Positions 1 through 14,526 of a stretch of 64,000 nucleotides of DNA are shown here, piece by piece. Both the position numbers and the translations under genes were made by a program. Every line of letters begins with the position of its first letter. The first letter of the stretch is position 1. The notes below the pieces were generated by a model, which worked only from the letters and a program-made list of their open reading frames with translations, was not told the DNA's origin and did no database searches. Source of the DNA: Monocercomonoides exilis PA203 (Eukaryota; Protista; Preaxostyla); NCBI GenBank assembly GCA_001643675.2, contig LSRY02000059.1, positions 310,001-374,000 on the forward strand. The letters run 5' to 3'.

Positions 1-2577
<2,577 letters not shown>

Positions 2578-2710
2578 ATTCAATTTTGTTCTTTGATCTC
2601 ATACCTCAATATAATTTTGAACGCTTGTTAAAAAGGATATGATTTGTTAAAAAAATGCTAATAAATACTCTAATAAATATATATGTTTCATTCTATCTAA
2701 ATAACAATTT

Positions 2711-5287
2711 TCAAGTTGCTTCCTGATGTTGTTCATAATGTTCTCCTTTCAACATTTGATCATCATTTGTTTTTGAAAAGTTCGAAATTTCATGGCACTT
2801 TTTTGATTTTGTTCGAAGCGTTGTAACTGTTCGCCAGCAATTTGCGCTAACTTGTACGAAAAGGCTTAGCTCTGTTGCGAGATACAGCCAAAAGCATGTC
2901 GGAAGTGAAGAGCCAAATTGATTGACTGACCCAATAGCTGCAACAGGAAAGAACACAATGGATGCAATCACTTCTGCGAGGAAAAGAAAGCTGAATGATG
3001 CTGAACTCAAAACAACAGCTCTGAGAATAAACAAGCATAAAAATAAAGAAGTTTGTCATATTGTTTGATGATAGTTATATTAATAAATAAGTATTCAGCA
3101 GACTTGAATGCACTGTTAAGACATTGTAAGATCACATCAACGATACACAAGGGGAACAGAGGAGTTGAAAGTCCTTTGACCTTTAAAAAAATTGATGGTT
3201 GCGATATACTTTGATTAAAAAAACAAAAAATTATAAAATAATCAAACTGTATCGAAATCTTCGTCTGTAACAAAACGGCCAACTATTCGATCAACTCCAA
3301 TTCCGAAGTAGATGGCAAGGCAAATAGCTCCGCACAACAAGCACTGAAGCAAATATTACAACACATATAAATGAATAAGAGAAGTGAAAGTTGTTATTAA
3401 AAAATAAAAAGCAGCAAACCAATGAAATAACAATGATTGTCATGTTTTGTATCCATTTTTTCTTTTTTGGTGAACCATCAGCCACAAGCGGTGACATCAC
3501 TGCAATGCAAATGCTGCTGACAATTCCTGCTATTTCAGCTGGAATTGATGTAATGTCACTCAGCACCGCAAGAGCTACACTTTGCAATCCAGGTGTTCTG
3601 GATGGAGCTTGTATTGCGAAAGAATTCAAATGTTGAATTTTTTTAAAGAGAAAAAAAAAGAAATGATAATTCAGCTTGGAATAATAAACCAAATCATACT
3701 TGTTGAGCCAGGTTTCAGTGAAGGTGCAGAAAGGGCAAGTGAGTTAGATACCATTCTCTGAGTGTTGTTAAGTATAGCAACACACAACATGGCTGCTGCT
3801 GAACTCAGAAGTGACTTGATAACTGACTTTAACGATTCATCAGAAGCTGCATTTGAAGAAGAAGAAGGCGAAGAGCGCGAAGATGGAGAAGGAGAAGATG
3901 TGAAGGATGATGATGTGGAAATGGGAGAGCATGTCATTGAAGACTCTTCTTGTTGTGGGGAAGATGATGAATGTTGTGAATGATATTGTATTTTTGGTGA
4001 AGAATCTTGATTGGAAGGAAATGCAGAGATTGAAATGTCTGAGTTGCAAGAAGAAGAGCCTGAATCCAAGAACACAGTTAATGTGGAAGAGTGAGGTGAA
4101 GAATCAGATGAAGCAGAGGAAGAAATGTCATTCCTCACTGGGGCATCAATTAGGGGTGTTGACTCATCGTCGTGTGTTGCTTCCTTATGATCCCTGTCTT
4201 CAATATTTTCATTCAGATTGTTATTCTTTTTTGAAGTTCTTGAACAAGGGAATTCGAATACGTTCTGGTTGTTACGTCGTAAAAACAGATATATTATCAT
4301 CATTGCACCTAAATTGTACACGTTTTAGAAAATTCATTAAAATATTAATTGAGAAAAGAATTATAATTAAAGTGAATTTGGATTTTTAACCTACGATAAA
4401 CACTGGAACTGCAGTTACAAGTGATGCTCCTGTAATGCCCAGATTTCCTATGACAAGTGCTGCTTCGAAAACTCCAACTGTAACAAGTGCAGATACTCCA
4501 TTAAATATAAATACGGCTCCGAACCACCATAAAGCAGAAAAGGCGCTTGATAATACACAATATGACAATGTAAAGGGGCAAAGTGAAAATTCCAAAATGT
4601 AGTACCACTTCGAGATGGTAATGTCTGAATCGGCCATTCCAACGAAATGAAGCAGAGGAACGCGCAATGGAATGAAAATAACACTGTGCATTTGATATGA
4701 AGATAAATTATCCTTCATAAAACAAATAATTCAAAGAAGCACACCCAATTAAAAGCCCATAAAGCATTGATCCAAAGAATAATGTAAGAAGTACTTTTCC
4801 TGTTGCTTTTTTGTTTCCTTAACAGCAAATGATTTTCAATATAAATTTTGAATATTTATTTATTCACTTGAAATTGATCAAAATCAATACCTGTTCCTGA
4901 AACACGACCAATAACAGCAGTTGTAAATGTATTCATAAACGATGAAACAAACATGACAAGAATATCAATTGTCACTGAAAATTATAAAATATGATATTTT
5001 AAAAATCTTCAATTCGAGTAAAATAATTTTTTATCATACATCGAGTAGATATATATGTTGATTGCTGCCTGCCAAGAAAAGAATCCATGCACCATTGAAT
5101 TGCAATATCTATAGATATAATCTGAAAGAAAATCGTTATTCATGTTTCTTTGTTAATATATTGTATAATTTCATACTAATGCATATTCAATAGATGCAAA
5201 AACCATTTCATTTCTTCCTCTTCCATTTTCGAAATTAATAAATTTCCAGAAGCGCTTGAAAAGCGAAGAACATTTTGTTTTTGACAT
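2711..5287 (-). CDS. MATE-family (multidrug and toxic compound extrusion)-like multi-pass membrane transporter, multi-exon
   Basis: Many hydrophobic exons. LRVPLLHFVGM...YYILEFSLCPFTLSYCVLSSAFSAL...NLGITGASLVTAV resembles the MATE 'GxxGAAxAT' helix. A Ser-rich loop (3671-4321) separates two membrane halves. Confidence 0.65.
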
Positions 5288-5534
5288 TTGAAAAAATATT
5301 ATAAGTTTCAGATCAATCTTGTTATCTTTTTGATTTTAAACGACAAATTATTGCTATTTATCAGTAATTCGTTTGTTTTAATATATAGTTTTTAATGATA
5401 CGTAATTCATGTAAATTTTAAATGTTTTTCTTAGATTCTTGAAGAGAAAAGGTAACAAAAGCCGTTCTAAAGATTCAGAGTTTCAACAAACTGAAAAATT
5501 ATATTCAAAACGTGAAAGAAAAAGATCATGATCT

Positions 5535-7835
5535 ATGACCGTTCTGGATATTATGAAAAAAGATGAAACGCCACAAGTGATCAACACTTTTTTTGATCCT
5601 TTTTTAATGGAAGAGGTTGATTCAGAAAGGATCCCAGTGTCTGTTTTACAACCTGGAATGCAGTGTTCTAGTATTTTTCTTATTACACATACTTCTTCAT
5701 CAAATCAAAGCTCTTTTTTGGTTGATAATACTGATTTTTCTTCTCAAGTATCAGATGAGCTTTTCTCTTTTGAAGGACGAATGCATTTGGAATCAAAAAA
5801 AGATACATTATTAGAAAATACCATAATATTACTTCCTGAAAGTTCAGTTTCCATTCAACAATTTAAACCTGTTTTACAGCCAACTCCATTGTTTAAACTT
5901 GAAGATAACTATGCAGAAAAACATCCATTTTCATCTGTTTTTCAGTCCAGTACAACAACAACTAACGATACAAAAAGCTTTCATGATAGTAAAGATTATA
6001 GAAAAAATGTTAAACATTCCGGATTACTTCCTTTGGTTAAAACAAGTGAATTTTCAAATATTAGGGAGCAAGTTGCGCAAATGGAAAATCATCAAAAACT
6101 TAAAGATGCGAATGTTTTTGATAAAATGAAAAAATATTCTCAAAATGGAATTAAATCAAGAATATCTACAGAAAATAATAAGTGTGGTCAAACAGGGAAA
6201 ATTCATCAAAGGATTCAAATGATGGAGAAAAGAAACTCTCCCAATGTCATTTCCGAGCAGCATTCCAAAAAATTCAGCACAACGCCTGAAGATTCATCGA
6301 TGCTTTTACAAACAATCTCTTCACCTCCAGCTTCTCCCAAATCTCGTTCGTCAAGTCCATCCTCTTTTCATTCCTCCTCTTCGCCAAGTTCAGATACATC
6401 TGATGTGGATGAACCTGTTGCAAATACTCTCCGTTTGTGGGAAAGCAGAAATTCAACTCAGCTGATCACATCTCCAAATGCCGATATTTTACGCAGAAAG
6501 GATCTAAATTGGACGATTGATCAAATGGTCTCTGCACTTCTCCGAGAATGGCGAATGAACGATAGAGACGATGAATGGATGACTAAGAAAAGGGAAGAGG
6601 TGTGGAGCGAATGGAGGAAAATGGAGCAAGTTGCTGTGACTGAAGAGGAGAAGAGGCAAGCAGAAGACAAAAAACAAGAACTTTTGGATAGATGCTTAAA
6701 AGAGGAAAGCATGAGGAAAAAAATCATATCCTCCGAAATCAAACAAGCGAAAAGGTTTTATGCGACATATGGCATCTGGGTTATGAAAAATTGGGCATCA
6801 TCAAAGACGGAAATACGAATGTGGGAAAGGGCTGCAAGAAAGCTTAACAGAAAAAACAAGAAATTACAAGAAAAACAACTGGAGGAGAACAATGAATTTC
6901 TTTATCGTATCGAAGAATTGGTTAACCTTGAAAAGAAAGACTGTGCACATAACAACGATAAAAATGAAGTTTGTTCATTTCAATCACAGTCTTCCACATT
7001 ATGTCACGATTCAAAAAATTTGCCTTCTCTTGATTCAGCTGTTTCTGCACAAGATAAGGCGGGATCAAATGTTCTTCAAATTCAATTAAATGAATCAGAA
7101 TCTCAACATTCGTTTAAATATACCTCTTTTTCTTCCTCTTCTTCTCCAACTACTATGACTTCTTCTTCGTCTTCTGTTCATTTAACGCTTCCGCTTCATT
7201 CTCCTTTTTCGTGTACTTCATCCATATCTTCTCCGTCTCATTCATCGTCTCGTCTTATTGAGAGTCAGAGGCAGATATTTGCTCAACCATCAATGCCAAG
7301 TGTAGTAAATATGACAAAAGATTCAGAGAATGCTGATTATCATTGCAATGAAGCTGAAGATTTACAAGCTACAAAATGTTTTTCAAAAAAAGATGGAAAA
7401 GAGCATAGTTCTCAGGAAATGATTTGTGATTCAAAAAACAATTTCTCCGTCGGACCTTTGTTTGATCATCCTCCGCCTCGCCCAGTTGTTGAATGCACTT
7501 TATTAAAAGAAAATACTGATTTTTCGTTCATCGCCCCATTTAAATCTTATCGTTCTGTTGACATTCGATCAAGTGCAACTAATTGCTCCCATAGCACACT
7601 TTGTCATGCTCAAAACACTTTTCAGGAGAAGAACAATCCACCTCCTCGAAAAAAGCATGGAAAAGTTTCACTTGTTCTCCCAGTTCATCAAAAGCCTCTT
7701 TTTGCAGCTCCTCTTCCTTACCCTCAACTTTCTATCACTTCACATATTTCTGCTGCTCAACCTATCACATTTACTATGCCTCCTATTCCAAAAGTTGATT
7801 TACCTATTGTATTTCCAAATTTTTTTGAATTTTAA
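5535..7835 (+). CDS. Hypothetical protein (766 aa; Ser-rich with a central Trp-containing coiled coil)
   Basis: Long intronless ORF; no family recognised. Confidence 0.7.
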   Translation: MTVLDIMKKDETPQVINTFFDPFLMEEVDSERIPVSVLQPGMQCSSIFLITHTSSSNQSSFLVDNTDFSSQVSDELFSFEGRMHLESKKDTLLENTIILLPESSVSIQQFKPVLQPTPLFKLEDNYAEKHPFSSVFQSSTTTTNDTKSFHDSKDYRKNVKHSGLLPLVKTSEFSNIREQVAQMENHQKLKDANVFDKMKKYSQNGIKSRISTENNKCGQTGKIHQRIQMMEKRNSPNVISEQHSKKFSTTPEDSSMLLQTISSPPASPKSRSSSPSSFHSSSSPSSDTSDVDEPVANTLRLWESRNSTQLITSPNADILRRKDLNWTIDQMVSALLREWRMNDRDDEWMTKKREEVWSEWRKMEQVAVTEEEKRQAEDKKQELLDRCLKEESMRKKIISSEIKQAKRFYATYGIWVMKNWASSKTEIRMWERAARKLNRKNKKLQEKQLEENNEFLYRIEELVNLEKKDCAHNNDKNEVCSFQSQSSTLCHDSKNLPSLDSAVSAQDKAGSNVLQIQLNESESQHSFKYTSFSSSSSPTTMTSSSSSVHLTLPLHSPFSCTSSISSPSHSSSRLIESQRQIFAQPSMPSVVNMTKDSENADYHCNEAEDLQATKCFSKKDGKEHSSQEMICDSKNNFSVGPLFDHPPPRPVVECTLLKENTDFSFIAPFKSYRSVDIRSSATNCSHSTLCHAQNTFQEKNNPPPRKKHGKVSLVLPVHQKPLFAAPLPYPQLSITSHISAAQPITFTMPPIPKVDLPIVFPNFFEF

Positions 7836-7869
7836 TATTTCATTTATGATGTTTTAACAAAAAATAAAA

Positions 7870-8407
7870 TACACCAAAAATTATTCAAAATGAGAATTTT
7901 TGCAATCGAATTAATAATTTTGCAAACGAATTAATAATAATTTCATTCATTAAAATAATTTTTCATTCAAATTAATAATTTTTGCGTTCGAAATGAAAAA
8001 TTTTCAAACGAAATAAAAAAATTTGTATTCGAAAAGAAAATATTTTCTGTTTTCATAGGAATTAAAATAATTTGAAATTCAAAAAATTTTCTTGAATAAA
8101 TAAAAAATTTCGAAAATTTTTCTTTCGTATGAAAAAAAAATGACAACACAAAATTATTTCTGATTCAAAAATGGCAAACTGATTTTCACAAAATTTGGTG
8201 AGTGTGCGAATAAATTTTTGTTAGGTTTACCACAATTATTAATTCGAATGTAAAAATTACTATTTCGTTTGAAAAAATTATTAATTCGTTTGCAAATTTT
8301 CCATATTGAAAACAAAAGTTCTCATTTTGTTTGCAAAATTATTATTTTGAATGCAATTTTTATTATTTTGAATGCAAAAATTCTCATTTTGAATAATTTT
8401 TGGTGTA
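7870..8407. mobile_element. Non-autonomous DNA transposon (MITE/foldback-like), about 538 bp, perfect 35-bp terminal inverted repeats
   Basis: tacaccaaaaattattcaaaatgagaatttttgca (7870-7904) is the exact reverse complement of 8373-8407. Internal inverted subrepeats tgcaaacgaattaataat / attattaattcgtttgca. Confidence 0.9.
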
Positions 8408-8649
8408 AATCACTAATTGAAAAGAATTTAATTTTTTTTTGAACTTTTAGTGCTTAAGCATTCACGTTTATAAACAAAAATTATTTTCTATCAAAGGATA
8501 CACTCTTTTTTCTTTTCATCTTGATCGTATATCAACTGTCGGACTTTTTGAATTATATTTATCCATAAGATTTATAACAAGAAAAATAATTTCTTATATA
8601 AAGTCAATCCAAAATTTTTCAATATATATATTTATTTATATTTATACAA

Positions 8650-8906
8650 GGGAGATTGTTTTTGAAATCATGTTTTTCCATTCAAATATTTCGGTTCAAA
8701 AATTTCACTTTAATATCACTGAAAGAACACTGAAAAGAGAAAAGGATTATTCAGTTCATCATCGTTTTTAATTTGGATTAAATATATGTCTGAGATGTTG
8801 TTCTGAAACCTTTTTTGTTTTTTTATGCAAAATCTCTTCCCAGTGACAAACAACCTTCGAAAAATTATCACTCCGAAAAAAGTCATGATATCAAAAATGA
8901 TTACCA
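8650..8906 (-). mobile_element. MITE family B copy (257 bp), inverted relative to the 61649 copy
   Basis: Ends gggagattgtttttgaaatcat ... atgatatcaaaaatgattacc. Reverse complement contains tgaataatccttttctcttttcagtgtt, matching tgaataagccttttctctcttcagtgtt at about 61800. Confidence 0.8.
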
Positions 8907-9395
8907 TATATTTATGTTTTTGAATCAGTTATTAATTTCTTGTTTATTCTTAATAATAAAAAAAGAAACACAAGAAATTAAAGAACGTGGTATAAAAAAA
9001 ATTCAAAAACTTTCAAATGAGCTGTTTTCATTGAATGAATAGAAACTGAGTATATTTCACCAGTTTCGTATCATGTTTATTATTGCAGAAGTTTTAAACA
9101 TAATGACGTTTTTAAAAATGATTGTCAATTCTCACTCATTTCATTTTGTTTGTCTTGTTTTATAAGCACGACAATGGAAATGATATATTTTCCTATTTCA
9201 CAATTTTGATCACTTATTCAAAGCTATATTCGAGGATCTGGGCTGTTGCAGGAGTTTTGTGAATGTAGTTCACAAGTCCACTTTCTTTTAAGCTTAAAAA
9301 AAAAATATTATCTGATGAAGATACATATAAATTATCATTCGTTACAACTCACAAAAGTTATTCCACTCTGTCGCGAGTTGAACCAGATCTCACTT

Positions 9396-9663
9396 GGGGG
9401 AAAATACCGACTTTCAAGCTTTTTTTGCACAAAGTGAGAAAAAATAGTTTCTCTTATCGCATTACTAAACTTAATCAGATTTCAAAACAAATTGAATTTT
9501 CATGTCCGTAAACAAACATCAATGATATAAAAACATTATGTTTTGTGACATCAAATGTATTTCTAAAAATAAATCCATTTATATCAAAATTTTTGATCAC
9601 AAAAAGTTCATTAAAGATGCATAATTATTCAATGAAAATAGCTGAAGTCAAATATTTTGTCCC
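9396..9663 (+). mobile_element. MITE family A copy (268 bp) flanked by ACTT direct repeat
   Basis: Colinear with 58571-58838 over its full length (same 268 bp). Ends GGGGGAAAATAC ... ATATTTTGTCCC; actt at 9392-9395 and 9664-9667. Confidence 0.88.
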
Positions 9664-9759
9664 ACTTGATAAATATGAAGCTTCCAAAGAGAGAAAATTG
9701 AAAAATCCAATGACTGTCACAAATGTCTTGTATTGGGAGGAAAAACCAAAAGCATAATT

Positions 9760-10769
9760 TATCCATTGGCAAGTCGAGTCAATACATTTTCTGACAGGTG
9801 TATTCGGTAGTCATCGTGCATCAAGACTGACCGTGTCTTCATGTATGGAAAATCAATCTTTTCAGGTTGACACAAGTGAAGAAAACCATCTCAATACAGT
9901 TTTCAAACAATTCCAATGAAATAGCGATGAATTTCGATTTCCGCGCAGCTATGAATTCAAGTTCGAGAGCCCAGAGACTGAAGTGATCATATATTGAACG
10001 ATTATTGTATCAGAAAACAAGGAGGAACAAAAATTCCATCAAGAAAATAGTGGAGCAACGATATGCTTTTTTCTTCTCTGTCAACAGGCGTGTGATCAAA
10101 TTCACGATTAATATTTGTTCTTCCCATTAGGTTCACCTTTCTTGTATCTTCATGGGCATGACAACCTGATTCATCAGCACAGAAGATCATTGAAGAATAT
10201 TTTCCACATGCATATTGAATTAAATAATTTTTGCATGAAATGATGTTTTGTTCGGAAATTTTCATTCTTTTTTCATCTCTCACGCTTGAAGAGACGACCA
10301 TCAATTCCTCGCTATCCCTTTTGATGAAAGAATAATGAAAATCATGAGATAAGGTTTTTGACAAACTTTCTCAACTTTTAATATTTTTTTTATTTTTTTA
10401 TTGGTGTGATTTGTTTTCTTTTATCTTCAGAATTCCTAGAATTTCATTGACTTGTTTTTATTGTTTACGAGAAATCAATATTTTCTTTATCTCCCAAACT
10501 TTTTTCCTTTTATAATTGGTTTGAATGTTGAAGAAAGGGCTCGGAGGGCAGTTGAGTGCCTTTGCAATTCGCATGTTTGAATGTGTTTTCACTTTTCTTA
10601 TCTTGCATGTGTTTAAGAAGGAACGAATTAACGAAACTTTTGTTTTTGAAGTGTTTTGCTGTCGAAATGATGAAAGGAACTGAAAGTCAAATAATCGAAT
10701 GAATACCATTAATACTGTTTCAAATAAAGTTAAGCTAAAAGTCGAAAACTCTGAAGATATTTGTATCAA
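9760..10769 (-). pseudogene. Degraded pogo/Tigger-like (DDE_1, Tc1/mariner superfamily) transposase
   Basis: Fragments in different frames with stops: SNMRIAKALNCPPS (HTH-like), IFCADESG (cf. IFNxDETG), KSISLLHYFLDGIFVPPCFLI, ISLELFENCIEMVF, SVLMHDDYRIHLS (cf. LLILDGHxSH). Confidence 0.75.
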
Positions 10770-11051
10770 AAGACAGACAAATCTTTATGTTAAAAAAAAA
10801 AAATAATAGTTTTAGAATTACAGTTTCCAACAATTAACAATTAACACGAATTGTGATTGACTATACAATATTATAGATTATAGTTTCAAAATTAAGATGC
10901 AACATTAAAAATAATCAATTCATTTTTTTAAGGAGTTTTTGAAAAATTCTTTTGACTTTTGATTTGTTTTATAAAACAAATGTTAAAAAAAAATATTTTT
11001 TTTTCTCTTCAAAATTAAAAATTAATAAAAACATTTTATAAAAAAGGAAAA

Positions 11052-11997
11052 TTATGTCCGTCTATGAGTAGTATGCTCAAACAGAACAACTTGAGTATAT
11101 TCATGAGTAACAATATCACGTCGAACAGTTTTTTCAGTTTGAGGAGTCTGAATAGCATAAACGTCAATTAAAACAAGAAATATAATAATAATGAAATAAA
11201 AAAATATTTATAAAATTTAACAATTTAATTAAATTATCTCATTCAAAAAGGCATACATGTGGATCAACGATAATAGTTTTTCTATCTCTCTTACTTTTAA
11301 ACTGAAGGCCACTAGTATTATCCGCAATTACTTCAAAATTTGGAGAAGAATTGCTTTTTAACGTTTGCGTGTCCCAATTGTAATAACTTAAATCTGTGGG
11401 CTTTGGTAATAACTTAGCTTTTCTAAGGAAATATTGATCAAATTTTTTCTCTGTTTTCAGACGATGACCGTAATCTATATATCCACTGACTTCTTGCTGC
11501 TTTGCATTGTAATCTCGAATAAAAATTATAACAGCAAGGCGACCTTCCCTTACAAGTTTCTCACGTGCAGCAAGCGCCTGTAAAAATGGAAAATTAGCCA
11601 AATCTTTTCCTTCAGAAGCCAAGACCTGGAATAACAAAATCAAAAGTTATTGATAAATAATATAATATAAATACGCCAAACCTGAGGAGCTTGATTAGAT
11701 TTTGCTTTTTTCAATGTTTCAGCTGCTTTTTTTCTAAATTCAAAATCTTCTCTTTTCAATGCATTTCCACGACCTCTAAAACCTAGTTCCACCATCTAAA
11801 AAAATTAAAAAATTAAAAAATGCATTTTAAATGAAGAGTAATACCTCCCTTGCAAGATCCTGGTCCTCTAAATAAAATAAATCTTCATCAGAAATTTGAG
11901 AGTCTAAATAATCCTCATAAGTCTTCATTCTCTCTGTAAAAGCAACAGTATCTGTTGAGCTAGGGTCAGAAGAAGAAGATGCAGGATCATAAGCCAT
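11052..11997 (-). CDS. CFAP299: Cilia- and flagella-associated protein 299 (C4orf22/DUF4464), 4 exons
   Basis: [26 protein letters not shown]...[48 protein letters not shown]...[11 protein letters not shown]. Confidence 0.9.
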
Positions 11998-12240
11998 TTG
12001 AACGAAAACTTACAACTTTTCTTCCCATTATCATAATATGAAATCTCTGATCACAATTATAATAAAATATTTATTCTCTTTAAAGAGTTGATTTCCAAAC
12101 GTTTAAACATTTGAAGATTATGTTTGTTGATTTTTTATATTTCGCATTTATTAACTTTGAATAAATTGTTTTGAACGTTTGAATACTGAATGTATTTTTA
12201 ATGATTTTTTAATAATAATTAATAAGATAAAAATTTAGAG

Positions 12241-13648
12241 ATGTCAGAATTAAATTCACGAAATTCTCGTAGAAAATGGACAACAGATCTTTCTGAATTA
12301 GACACAGATATTGGAGGATATGATTATGATTTACAAGCTGGAAAATTCTTAGGAATTGAAGGTGAAGAAAACACAGGTCTTCGAAGATTAGATGGAATTC
12401 CTATCACCCCGTTTAATATGAAGGATGAAATTAGGGATGGAATGTTTGATAGAGATGGAAATTTTCTTTTAAGTGAAAAAGAAAAAAGAGATCAATACAA
12501 AGATGCATGGCTTGATGAATACGAAGAAAAATGGGGGAAAGAGCCTTATCAAGTTTGAACCATTTTAACAAATTTAAAAAAACAATAAAAACTTTGTTAT
12601 TTTCGAATTATAGCTTCCAACAAAAGTGGCCAAAACATTTGATCGAGATGAATTGGATTCAGAAAAAAATGATGAGAGCGAAGAAAGTGACGAAGACGCT
12701 GAAGATGATCCATTGAAGCGAACTCAAAAGAAAAAAGTGATTGATTTTGTGGAAGAAGATGATGTTGAAAGCGATGATGAAGTGAAGCATGTTAATAAAT
12801 ATAACTTTGAATCAAAGCCTTTGAAAGAGCATGATGAAGACATGACAAGCGACAAAAGCGAGGAAGATGAGGAAGAAGGAGATGACGATGATACAAATGA
12901 TCAATTCATGGCAAAAGATATTGAAAAGCATGCAGAAAAAGAAAGATTAAGAGAGAAACTCGACAAAGAAGATGAAGAAGTTCTGAAAAGAGCACTTAAT
13001 CAAACAGACCAAATATCACAAAAATTAAATCATTCAGATCAGAAATTGACAAAATCACAACGGGATAATAAAAGAAAAGAGGAAATGAAGCAAATTGCAA
13101 ATGAATTTAATGATACAGACGATGAAGAAAAAATGGAAGATTTTCATGGAAAAACGAATAAACGATTGAAAGGAGCAGATGGAAAAGGATATCCTTTAGC
13201 CAACAATACTCATTCACTCGACATCGGCAATGAAAAACATGAAAACGAAATTGATGCAGATGCAGGTGCAAGTGATGACGAGTTTGATATGTTTTCTGAT
13301 CCGAGCAGCAAACCGACAAATGAATCGCTTCATTCGAAACCTGACTCCGAAAAGCCAGAAACACAAATAAGAAGAGAAATGCTCCAGATTATGAAGCCTG
13401 GAGAGAGCGTATGGGACTCGCTGAGACGAATAAAGAAAGAAATGGACAAAGAAAAAATGATGGAAAAAGGAAAGAATGGAAAGAAAAATAACATGGAAAA
13501 GTTTAGAAACAAAGCTTCTTCTTCAACTGCAGCTTCTCAACAATTCATGAAATTAACTGAGTTAGCAGACGAACTATTGCAAACATTTTCATATTCAAGT
13601 GCGTATGAAGATAGATACGAGACAATAAATATGTTGATAAACAAATAA
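12241..13648 (+). CDS. CD2BP2: CD2BP2/Lin1/U5-52K-like spliceosomal protein, 2 exons (intron about 12553-12613), no GYF domain seen
   Basis: GIPITPFNMKDEIRDGMFDRDGNF, DAWLD, LQIMKPGESVWDSLRRI, LTELADELL, AYEDRYE match conserved blocks of U5-52K. Confidence 0.8.
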
Positions 13649-14526
13649 AATAACTGCAAAATGCGGTTTTTTAAAATAATACTATTATTATAAATACTGT
13701 TGATAACAAACATACTGTTGATTGCTCGAAAATTATAAGATTTGAAGGACTAGAACATCAACTCCTCATGCCTAAGAGACAATCACAAAAGTTCTAAAGA
13801 AATTTTCAAATATGAAAAAACATTCAGTCATTTTTCTAATCAAATCTTGTGTAAAAATAATCATTTTTAGCAATTCAATTTTGAAAATAGTTTTATTTTT
13901 TGAATAAAAAAAGAGATAATAAGAAATTTGTATCTTTATTCACACTGTTGATATGACAATTAATGCAAATACTAAAAAAGAACGATTTATTCATAATAAT
14001 AACAAATTCATTTTTCCAAAAAAAATTTTTTTTGTTCTGTTGAAACAAAATAACGTTCTGTTAATTTTCAATAGTTTCTAAAAATTTCATTGTTTATAAT
14101 TTTCATTTTCATGACTCTCTTTTTCTTATGTTGTGATGATTGAAAACTGGATGAATAAAAATCTAATTTTCAGATTCCAATTTATTTTGAACTTTTTGAT
14201 TCACAAAATAATTAAATTCAAAGTTCAAACTTTTGTTTGAAAGATTAAAAGAAATAAGATTGAAAAGAAAATTCATAGACTGCAATAATTGTTATTCATT
14301 TAATTGACAATGTTCATCATTTTAACAGATTTTTTATTTTTTAAGTTTTGTTTTCCTTTTTTTGAAAAAATAATTAATTATTTTCTTTTTTAAAGTTGCA
14401 AATATTTTAATTGCATTTTTCAATTCTCAAAAATAATCATATATATGTCTTATTTGATGGAAGATATTTTCACATTTCCACATAAACATAAATCACTCAA
14501 TTATATGTTCAGATCATTCACCATTT

